The translations under genes were made by a program, and so were the position numbers. From the NCBI GenBank assembly GCA_027604505.1, contig JADIIX010000040.1, forward strand, positions 62,001 to 126,000: a DNA stretch of 64,000 bases, written 5' to 3'. Under the pieces are notes generated by a model. The model saw only the letters and a program-made list of their open reading frames with translations, was not told the origin of the DNA and made no database searches. Shown one piece after another: positions 53,601 to 64,000 of the stretch (its first letter is position 1; each line of letters opens with the position of its first letter). The DNA is from Gonapodya sp. JEL0774. Its lineage: Eukaryota.

Positions 53601-54179
53601 AAACGATTGAGATCGAAAGTGTTGAAGCTACGAACGAACCTTGGTTGTGAAACTGAGCGAATTGCGCGCTAGCGTCCTGAAGCAGCAGCATTATGTTGGG
53701 TTTTCCGAGATTCAAATGGGCAGTAACAGCTCCAGTTCAAAATCACCTGTCCAGCGACTCGGAGAAGGATCTTTTTGCCACCAGGATGCTTTAATGGATA
53801 TGATGCGGTGAGAAGGTGAAGTTACGTGACGTACGGGTGAGCGAGAACGGATCGGCCACGAACCTCATCGACAAATTTGGTCACATCGTATACATTCCCA
53901 TTCACGATAATCTATTAGTCCGTACCATCCCGTAAATGTGCGCCGGTTGGGCGGACCAATCCAAGAAGTTGTTAAATGGAGAACAGTTAACGAAATGGGT
54001 CTAAGTGACTCGGAAAGCACGCGGGAAAGGCTGCTGACCCATGCGTCTTTTTCCGAGTTATGCTGAGCGACCTGGTCGTAAGAATTTCACAGCGCGTGGT
54101 TAGTTCTCGCCATTTTCGTGAAGGACAAAGGACGCGGTCTCCGAAGACAAACCTCCACAGCGGTGAAAGTACCTGCCAT
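50679..54179 (-). CDS. Cytochrome b5-domain / acyl-CoA dehydrogenase fusion protein
   Basis: The N-terminus MAGTFTAVE|VAQHNSEKDAW|IIVNGNVYDVTKFVDE|HPGGKKIL is a b5 heme motif. The ACAD core has AITEPETGSDT, YIVNGTKKWITN, FEDVKVPAENI and IGGPIALLK. The C-terminus is DVRAYAIPAGSEE|IMLDFGIR..PLADVKL*. Confidence 0.9.
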
Positions 54180-54601
54180 GACCGAGATGGCGTAACAGGT
54201 GAGATGGGGTGGTAGGGAGTATATAGAATTCTCGGGCTTGAAGGAACCAGTTTGTGGTGATTCAAATGAAAATCTTCTTCCGAACCGAAGTTTCCGATCA
54301 GAGCTGGGGACCTGGGTTTGCTGCGCCACCCTGGTGGGCTTGTATATAACAACGGGTGGGTTGTCTGGGTTTTCCCTCCCCCCTCAGACGTAGCAGCAGC
54401 TTCCAAGTCTTGTAGAATCTTTCCTTGGACATTTTTGTTTTCCCTCCTTCCATCTCCCCAGGTCCCCACCACCACCACCCCCGCCCTCACTTGTTCCGGA
54501 AACATGTTCGAGTCCGATATTATATATACCTGGAGGCAACTGAATATATTGGACAAACACTCAACCTATTCCACCCCCGTATACCCGTATCACCTGTATC
54601 C

Positions 54602-56840
54602 ATGAGCGCGAGTGGATCAACTACGCGTCGAACTACAGGGGATGTGATAGACATCACCTTGGCACCAGCGCAGGCGCAAGGATCCGCACAGGCAACAGAC
54701 TCCCAGCCCCGCCATCTCACATACTCTCGGGTTCGCCCGATATCGCCAGCAGACTTCAAGGATCGCGTTCCCCGTGCACTATGGCTCGCTGCAACTTACT
54801 GTCACGTTTCTGCGGAGTCGATGACTCCGTTGTCGGTCCCATTTCTCCTGCTTGGGGACCTCGCTCTCTCTGCAGCTCTTCTCTACGTCGATCACATTTT
54901 AAACGGCGCTGGTCCCCGCTCTATTGTTGCGGTCGCCATTTTCACTCTTGTCGTTCAAACACATCACAGCTGGGGTGCTTGGGACCTCGCCAAGTTTCAC
55001 AAAGCGAAGGGAACCCTGCACTGGGCAAGCCCAGTAGGCCGACTCATGCATAAAGTGTAAGCGTGAATTGCTGTTTTCATGGGGATTTTCCCACCCCACG
55101 CAACGTATTTACCACGTGTACCCAATTGCTCAAGTGTGGAGGCTTTAGACCTCCCTCCCCTGGAGCCCCGGCATAACACTCGAGACCGAGATATCTGCGG
55201 CTGCAAGAAATGCCTCATGAAAGATATTCAAGGTGCCGCAACTGTGATGTGGATAACCAACCTCTATGGTTTCGCAGCGTGGCTTGTGGCTTCTATTTGC
55301 GGAACTCTGAGTGGAATGCTCAGCCCCAAAGAATCTCCAGGGTCTTTTTCCGTGGGGTTGGTGAGTAGGCAAAATCGTGACTGCATGAAACCGGTGGATG
55401 AATCGGTTCCAAACCTGTCTCCTCAGATATATATACTGTGGTTTTCCATCGTCCGAATGGGCTTTACCGTTGCATGCGTTCACTCTTCCCGACTTGGGAC
55501 TGTCTACGTGCTGCTCGGAAAGATGGCTTGGGAGCAGCGCCGCTTTCAAGACTCGTTGTTTGTTGTGAGTCGTTCTTAACCCACACATTCGTCGGCACTG
55601 GAAGTGAAGCCATCGGCTCTGTTTCAGACTCTACGGAATATCGCAGATTTGCGACAGCCGACACAGCCATCACCGTTGTCTGGTAACCGTTCGCAGTCTC
55701 AACTTCGCGCAAACACCGCAAGCGAGAACTTCGAGGATGACGACGACTACTGCAAAGCTCACTGGTCGATCATGATGACGATTCAACAAGTGAGACATTT
55801 GCTGAATGTCTGGTTTGTCTTCTTCCTCTTCCAATGACCCGCCCCCCCCCCCCCCCCCTCGCCCTCGTATTCACTTGTCCAGGAAAAGCGACAGCTCGAA
55901 CGAATCTTCCGTTCTCTAGTCGAATTGAGTCTCATACATTTCTTTGCGTTTATCGTTACAACACATGCGTCTGGATGTGCTTCTGGGTACTGGACGGCGA
56001 GTGGGTATCGGCATTCGTTTATTCGAAGTTTTCAGTCACGGTTTATTACTAACTTCACCGAACCATACAAGTGGCGCTCTTAACACTAAGTTATTTCGTC
56101 GTCAAGTCTTTTGTCCTCGCCCAGTTTAATGCTGCAGCCCTCACTACGACCACAATTATTCGTCGCGCTGAAAGGGAGCTCGCTTTTCTCTCCCTGGACC
56201 TCGTTCATTTGAAAAACAAGATTACCCTCGAAGCACTGGGAGTGAGCAACTACAACCGAACCATGACTGTTCAAAGCTCTGTTCAGCGAGAAGACAGTGG
56301 TGCTGATCTCGACCAGGGCTTGGAAACCTCTGACCCCCGTTTGTCCGCCCACGGGAACGAGGCCAACGAATCTCGCCCATCAGATGATCTGGTTGGTTGC
56401 AATGCAGCTTGCAAGTGTGATCTTCGCTATTCATGTGCTCATTGTAAGAACTTCACTGTCAGATTCGCGCGGAAGGTTTCGTGCCACACTACGCAGTGTT
56501 GACGGAGACTATGAACGACTGGAATGGCACTCTACCGCTTTATCCGGTTCCAGACTCCTATTCGGGTCGAACATTGCCTCTCGCTCTGCCTCAAAACTCA
56601 GCTAGGATTCTCACACGAGAACTATTGGATGCACGGCTTGAGGAAGCAGAGGGCCATCGCTCTGTATTACATCAACTGACACGGGGTGACGAGTTTCTGG
56701 TAACATTTCTCGGAAGACCGTTGACATTTGAACTAGCGAGAGCGATCGCGGGAGTCGCCATTGCGGGAGCCTATTTAGCGTACGAACTTTACAGAGGGGG
56801 TGGTTACAGCTTCGAGCTAGCATTCAGTTGTGGTGCTTGA
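54602..56840 (+). CDS. Polytopic (about 7 TM) membrane protein, candidate gustatory-receptor-like (GRL/7TMIC) channel
   Basis: The 7-exon model has seven hydrophobic segments and ends HQLTRGDEFLVTFLGRPLTFELARAIAGVAIAGAYLAYELY. That it is a gene is well supported. The family call is inference (see findings). Confidence 0.6.
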
Positions 56841-57036
56841 GTGCCCTAAATAGCACTGGATAATTCTGTTAAAACTTTCATATTATGTGCATTTGTAATT
56901 GTTTATTGCTTAATGGTATGTGAATAACGAAAGCATGTGAATACCTGCAGAATCTGATCTGACAGGAGCCGTGTGCAGTGGGTGGCCAGTTTCATGGCCG
57001 TTCCCATTCTGCTCGCTCCTGCATTACTCCGTGGAT

Positions 57037-60000
57037 ATGAACCCCCCGGCCAAGCGACAAAGGCTCGACAGCGGGGAAGCAATAATTTCTGTGGCTGGAT
57101 GTCAACCGGATGCGGACTTTCTTTGGTGAGAAAGAGAGACCCTGCATGTACGGAATCTCTGCGAAGGCGTACTCATGGACACTACCTTCCCGCGTTCAGC
57201 CCGATCTGCATTGACACGCTACGAGAGGCGGTGAGTTGTCACTCAGACGTGATTTGCTGACGATTGCGGTCTCGCTCGAAACTACAATGGAGGTATCCCG
57301 ATTTCATTCGTGAACATTATAGTATATGACGAGATGTGGGCATTCCTTCTGCCACGCCTGTATCGTGCGACACCTCGAGTCCTCTCGCCAAGAGTGTCCC
57401 GTTTGCGCGACGCCGGTCAAAGCGGACCAGATATTTCCAAACTTCACCCGTGAGTGGTGTTGGGAAAGCTTTGACAAACCGATAGTGATGGTCGGTTTTG
57501 CTTGTCTAATTCGTTATTAATACACCCCCCCTACTGGTCTTGTTATGACTAGTCACGAAACTTCTTTCGCGTCCCAATCTTCCCTCAAACTCCACCGCCG
57601 TTCTTCCCTCGTCCTCCAACCCCTCTGACCGCCGCTCCCTCGATGCTCTTCTGACTACTCTCCTTGATCAAAAACGGAAACTTGAAGCGGGAGAGCGAGA
57701 GCGAGACTTGCTGGCGGTTGAGGAGTTTTTGAAAGGAGCAAGGATCAGGAAAGAAGAGGTACGCTCGAGGCGATGGGAGGAGTTTGCCGACTTGAGCATC
57801 GGTGCCCTGTGGCTCACTTGCGGCAAGCGTCGTCCGAACTTGCTCTCTGAGGTAGTGAGGGACTGAGCTCATTGTACCTACTTTTTGTTTGCTAGCAAAA
57901 GCTGCAACTTACTAGGCATCTTCGCATTATCGATGCCGACTTGGCCTCTTTGCGCGCCCAATTATTGACCATCGAGAGCGCAGCAGGGAGCGGTGGAGAG
58001 AGTTCGCTACAGCTGAATGTACTGCAGGAAGCTGACGGGGTAGTTGCTGCGGGGCCCGATGATGTTGCGCTGCTGAATCAAAGTAGGAAGAGACGAGGAG
58101 TGAGTGTCATTACCTGTCCTACAATCACTGTTTTTCTCATCTGTGTACCATAGCTCGACGCACTTGACCCTGACCCTCTTGAGGCTGTGTCGGTCCCTGG
58201 AGCAGCCTCCAATGGCATGGGCTCGGATGTTCCCGATGACGTTGACAATCTCACAACAACGTCAGGTCGGCCCGCAGCAACGGTCCCTTTACCTGCAAAG
58301 TTGACTTCACGGCAGCGTAGAGCCCTCAGAGAACATGCGGAGGACTTGGAAGAAGCATACGAGGAAGGGCGATTAAATGGTGAAGGGATAGGTTTGCTAT
58401 TGCAGGAATGCAGAATTTGTCTCTGAAGGATTCACCTTCACAGCCATGGAATCCATCGCGAGTTCCTCCGCCGCAGCTCCGGATCCTCTGAATACTTTTC
58501 GCGGAGTTCTTTCGCACTGCATGCGATATTCTCGTGTACGTACCCTTGCTAGGCTACACTACGGGGACGGACTCACGGGCGGGACCAACTCCATTGTGAG
58601 CGCGATCGAGTTTGATAGGGACGATGAGTATTTTGCCACTGCTGGTGGGTGTCTACTGGCTGATCACATTTTGGGACATAATCTTCGATTGAGTGTTGAT
58701 TAAATGAAATCCAGGGGTCACCAAGAAAATCAAAATTTTTGAGTACGCTTCGGTGGTAGCGGATTACTCCTCCCTGTATGGTGGGCGTTCTGAAACAGAT
58801 ATATCAACAGAAACAACCAAGCAGCGCCGACGGGGGGGCTCAACCCTCGCAAAGCGGCGACCTGGGTCATCAGTCGCAGTTGTGGCATCCGCAGTTGCTG
58901 CAGCAGAAGATAGCAATCGACGAATGAGGAAGGGCAGGGGTGGGAAAAGGTCAAAGAGAAACGCGGTCGTCGTGGAGCGAATCGGTGAGGACGATGATTT
59001 GTCAGACGAAGAGGAGGAGGAGGAGGAAGCTGGTGATGGTGTTCCCCGTTATCCGGTGAGGGAGATGAACGGAAGGAGTAAAATCAGGTCAGAATGTCCC
59101 ACTTTTCAGCGAATATTTTCTCTTTTACTTACCTATTGATTCACTTTCAGTTGTGTTTCGTGGAATACCTACATCAAGTCTCATCTCGTCTCGTCCGACT
59201 ACGAAGGTGTTGTGACACTCTGGGATGCAGCAACTGGTCAGGCAGTGTCTCACTTTGACGAGCATGAGAAACGGGCATGGAGTGTGGAATTCTCCAGGAT
59301 GGACCCCATGATGGTGGCCAGTGGCAGCGACGATGCCAAAGGTGAGGGATGATAGAAATTTGAGAATCGCGTAGAGCTGAGTGAACCTTGAATCCACCTA
59401 ACAATAGCCAAGATTTGGTCCACGAACCAAAGACACTCTGTCTGTACAATCGAGGCCAAGGCAAACGTGTGCTCTGTGCGGTTTAATCCTGAGGTAAATT
59501 ACCAAGTGGCCTTCGGCTCTGCGGGTGAGTGCTGGAGGGATAACACGGAGAATTCAAACAAATTCATTGCGCATTTTGTTGAATGAAATGCCATAGATCA
59601 CTTTGTACATTACTACGACATCAGGAACCCATCGCAACCTATTCACTCATTCAAGGGTCACAAAAAGGCGGTTTCTTATGGTATGTTATACAGCCTTCTT
59701 GGTCTGCCCTTTCTCCAAATCTCAGTGTTGGACTCCATCCTGCAGTCAAGTTTGCCGGAAAGGACGACGTAGTGACTGCGTGAGTGACTGCAGCAAACGA
59801 TAACTGAGTCAAACTCTCAATGCCTGTGTCATTGCGTGTCTTCCGCAGCTCGACAGACGGCACTTTGAAGCTGTGGTCAATCCCAGAGACTCTACGCACA
59901 GGCACATCGTCCATCACGCGCACTTTTTCTGGACATGTGAATGAGAAGAATTTTGTCGGTCTGAATGTTAACAATCAGGGTGAACTCTTCGCTTGCGGCT

Positions 60001-60215
60001 CCGAGTCAAATGAGGTATTCATCTACCACAGGGCTCTCGCAAGACCCCTCCTCACCCATGGATTCGGCGCGCCTCTCGTTTCTACAACAGGCGAGCCTGC
60101 CTCGGAATCCGATGCCTCGCAATTCGTAAGTAGTGTTTGTTGGAGGAGGCACACGGCCAATCAGCTTGTTTGTGCGAATTCCTGTGGAAGACTGAAGGTG
60201 GTGGAGATCGTGTAG
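57037..60215 (+). CDS. COP1: E3 ubiquitin ligase COP1 (RING, coiled coil, WD40)
   Basis: The RING reads [37 protein letters not shown]. The WD40 has [96 protein letters not shown] and [11 protein letters not shown]. These are diagnostic COP1 motifs. Confidence 0.95.
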
Positions 60216-60345
60216 GATCTGTCTGAGATCTGGAAGGGGGTGACAATGCACATTCTGTAAATCTAGTTGCATACATGTGGATTAAAATTTACATGATAAA
60301 CTGTAGTAAATACTTGCAAGAAATTGTTGAAATCTTCTTCTCCAA

Positions 60346-63300
60346 TTAAATGAGTCCAAACCCCTTAGCATTCTCAATAGCTGTCATCAAGCGCTCCTCC
60401 AGCTTCTCTTTGGAACAATACTGCGGGAGTAAAATACGGCCAAAACCTGCATCGAAGTGTAGCATTTATATAATGCGTCGATACATCTGATGTCATCCAG
60501 TAGTAACTCACATGTCATTGCCGTTGGAAGTCTGTCAGTGTCAGGTCCGTTTCTCTGAATAACGAATGTCACGTTTCCAAGACCTTTCAGTGGCACTCGA
60601 TCCGAAGCTGTCACAAATGTCAAGAGCTTTTTCTTTTGGTCTTGCGACATTCTACGATCACAGGTTGAAACAGGTTGGATCCATCAAACTCGATTCTACA
60701 GACGGCTGTATTGGAAGACTTACCCATGGATAATCGTCCAAAAATCACTTTGGGAGATCAATGGTTCGCTTCGGTCATTGCAGTATCTTTCGGAATTATT
60801 GGAGACAGAAGTAACAATCACCGGATAAACTGATCCTCTGGTGCGAACCCGTCATATTCCGCGGCTTTCTCAAGCTCGCCGAAATTCAAATCATCACTTC
60901 CACACAGCATAAGCTCAAGTTCTTCTGGACGACACATCTGATGTCCCGAATTGGCCATTGTGATTTGGTACACCATGGAAAACTCGGAGATACTCACTTT
61001 AAGTGCCCCTCCTCCACAAACTTTATAGAACCCTCGCTTGAATGCATCGAAGGGTCGGCGCACCGACTCCTTTGCCAAGTGCTCTACATAAAGCGCCACG
61101 AACTCTGTGAATTGTAACATTTGGGGTGACACCAAAACCATCGTAAAACGACAAGAATCGAACGAATACCTCTCCTATTTTGATTGGTGACGGGTACATT
61201 GGAGCCATTTTCGATGAGTTGGTGGGTGACAACTTTGCCATAAACGTCATAATCGACTTCAAATGATCGCATGAAAACGTCCGAAACATCTCCATCGTCC
61301 CATTGGAGCATTTGTTCAAGGCCTCTACCGAGCGCCTGGGCACATATGAAAGCTCAAATCGACAAAAACAAAGCACGATGTAGGTAATCAACAACAAACC
61401 GGAAATGCTTCCTTGATATCCTCCAAAGTGGGTTCTTCCCCAAGCAACTTCTTGTACACCAATTTCGGGAAGTGTACGTCGACAATTACTCCATTGAACA
61501 ACGCCAAGCCGAGGATTACTCCGGCCAATTCGAAGGTGGAGGAAGGCTCTGGCGACCAACCATTGATCCAGGAAAAACGAGTCTCCTCGTCATACGTGAA
61601 GAGCCCTGTTTAAACGCTTTAAACCACCCGCTGAATCGTCAATCAGCGGTTGCATATACCTACCGTACGCCGGGTCCAACAAATTGTTCACTACGACCTG
61701 AAAGAACTCCTTTTGCACCCCACCTTGATCCATACCCTCCTCACCTCCCCCAACAAACTTCACTCGAAGAGGCTTTTTGAGATCCTTCTCCTTTTTGGTA
61801 ATCTGGGATGATAATATCAAGTGTATTCGAAAATCACCAATATCAGTGAGACCACGAGAAAGCACACACCTGAAGTAGAACATCAGCTACCTTAAACGAT
61901 CATAATAAATCGTAATCACCACTGAACGACAGAAACAACCAAGCTGAAAAAAACCAACCAGTTTCTCCCGTCGAACTTCGAGTACCAGATAAGGCATCAC
62001 ATGCTCTCGAAGGCGATCCTCCAAGCCCGTCACGGACGGCGAGTCTTGAAAAAATCTTTGTGCGTGGATCACGAGAGCGTGATTGACAAAGGCGTCCTGT
62101 GCATGCGTAGAAGGGCACAATGTCACGCACCGCGCGTTTAGTCATCAGCTCAAACAGAAACACTAACTCACCTCAAACTCCACACTCATCTGCACCCTAT
62201 GTGGTGTACCGATCGGAAATCAGCACTTCCAAACACGATTTTCTCCACGGAGTACACAACTCAACCTGACCAAAACGAACTTCCAAACTTACATCGAATC
62301 AATCCTAATCACCTTGGTCTTGCTCACCGCGTCAAACAAAAACGGATAACTGAACCAACTGAAAGCCCTCTCCCCGCCTGCGCCTCCGGACCCTCCAGCA
62401 CCAAGAGTCGCTCCGGTGGCTCGAGCATCCAATATTCGCCGCCAGGTCCGGTACTCCTCTTTGAAATTGAGCTCCGCCACGGCAGAGTTGTAGAAGGCGG
62501 ATAAAGGGAGGGGTCGAGGGATGGCAGATTCGTTTGCGTGATCTATTTTCCAGAAACGGTTGAGTCGTCACATGACGACGGCACAAATCTATACAACGCA
62601 CAAAACAGTTGTAAAGTCTTGACAGCGGAAACGACCGCATCGTTCGACTGCAGGTTCTGCGAGAAATTGTCCGACACGAAGGCTTGAAACGCTTTCACGA
62701 TCCTATCTAGACCACTTTCATCGTATCTTCAAAAGACGATCGTGTCACACGATGGCAGACAAGGTGAATATTCACACAGGAGACGGAGGCTACACACTTT
62801 GAAAACCATCGAACGAGGTCCACTTTCACTGCAGATCTCAAATTTCCTACGATTGTTGCAGCTCGTCTTACTAAGCATGATGACATGGAGTGACCAGAGA
62901 GGCAAGGGTTCTTGAAGCATTTAAATGAAACATCAACGTCATAGCAAATCATCGACAGGTATCCGGCAAAACCACGCACCTCCAAATGTACAACGATCTC
63001 TCTCACACCCGGAATTCTCTCAACTTTTATAGCTCTCGGGTATATTTCGATATGGGAGAGTGCCACATCGGCTGCTTCGGCGAGAGCTGTTGCGAACAAC
63101 GGTTGGGGTTCCTAAAGTATAACAATTGCAATGGCGTCGTAAGGTCCAGGAGACATGGGGTGGCTCAACCACAGCAAGCGAAGATGAATCTTACGAGTTT
63201 CTGGATGGACGTGTACAGCGCCCGCACGGCCTGGATGTCCATACCACCCAACGATCCAGGTTCTCCTCGCGCTCCCATCACCCCACCAGTATCCACAAAG

Positions 63301-64000
63301 CTACTTCCCACGGCGATCGAATTTGAAAAAAATGAACGAATTGAGTTCGATAATGTAGCCGCCCGAGACTGGGCGGTGGACGGGTCCGCATCAAAGGAAA
63401 GACTATAATCCTCCACCGCTTGTCGAACAGAGACAGCTGTGAGGTACGCAGGCGAGGAGTCACTCGCCGTCACTGCTCCACCGAGGCCATCGCTACGGCT
63501 CCGCTCCCCGCCCTCGCTCTGGACTTCGGTGGATGGGGATCTCGAGAGTGCCGGAGAACCTTCTCCGAGTTCTCCGAGCGTTGCAGAGAGATGCGTGGGA
63601 AGAGAAAAGGTTTGCGATGGGATTGGTGTTGCGGATGACGGTCGGTCGACCGACGCACGGCTGTTCAGCGAGGGAGAGAGACCCGATGGTGGTGTGTTAT
63701 TGAAACGGAAGGGGAGCGCAGACGCGGTGACTTTTGGTATGGTCGTGAGTGTCGAGTGATCAGTGAGCTGGCTAAAAGTTGGAATGTGCTCCGGGCTGGA
63801 TGAGGCGCGACTTGCCAGCGAGGGTTCTGCTTCACAGTCCAGCTTCCCCTCACGAGGAAGGTCGGGGAGTTCCCCGGTAGAATTGAAAAGCGACGCAAAC
63901 GGAGAAGAAGCAAATAGTGAGAAAAGCAAGCTCCGATTTGCCGGATTCGGTGTCGAGGCAGCTGGGAGAGCAGACTCGGCTTCGGGGCCCAACCGTGATC
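60346..64000 (-). CDS. HECT E3 ubiquitin ligase (HECTD2/Hul4/UBE3A-like); starts beyond the window
   Basis: [76 protein letters not shown], and the catalytic [27 protein letters not shown]. Confidence 0.93.

Noticed and set aside
56391..56463. Cys-rich CNAACKC..CAHC segment in ORF 56071..56502
   Set aside because: It falls inside a predicted intron of the 7-TM gene, so it is not a real zinc finger.

Overview
Eukaryotic, intron-rich, gene-dense genomic DNA with mostly short (about 50-100 nt) GT-AG introns. It most likely comes from a zoosporic, chytrid-grade early-diverging fungus. This is an inference: fungal-type genes (HAL-family kinase, cytochrome b5-acyl-CoA dehydrogenase fusion) occur together with the axonemal gene CFAP206 and the WAVE-complex gene BRK1. 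I reconstructed about 22 spliced genes by hand. In order they are: the CUL1 3' end, TIM50, a low-complexity orphan, an HSL-family lipase, an intronless SAM methyltransferase, a HAL/HRK1 kinase, FCF2, a giant USP34-like deubiquitinase, an 'NRAP...FRP..GWG.KG' uncharacterised protein, a D-Ala-D-Ala-ligase-like ATP-grasp enzyme, a REX1-B-like protein, BRK1, CFAP206, EI24, a METTL21-like methyltransferase, PSF3, a Leu5-like carrier, b5-ACAD, a 7-TM protein, COP1 and a HECTD2/Hul4-like E3. A 4.7 kb CpG-depleted decayed island lies at about 3450-8200 and contains a diverged palindrome of about 970 bp. The most interesting candidates are: (1) a 7-TM protein whose architecture matches insect gustatory/odorant receptor-like (GRL/7TMIC) channels; (2) a full RING-coiled-coil-WD40 COP1 in a fungus; (3) an HSL-family lipase with an RRxS-rich insert at the same position as the PKA regulatory module of mammalian hormone-sensitive lipase; (4) a DDL-like ligase in an organism without peptidoglycan. 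Exon boundaries and family calls come from manual reading and motif recall, not database searches.
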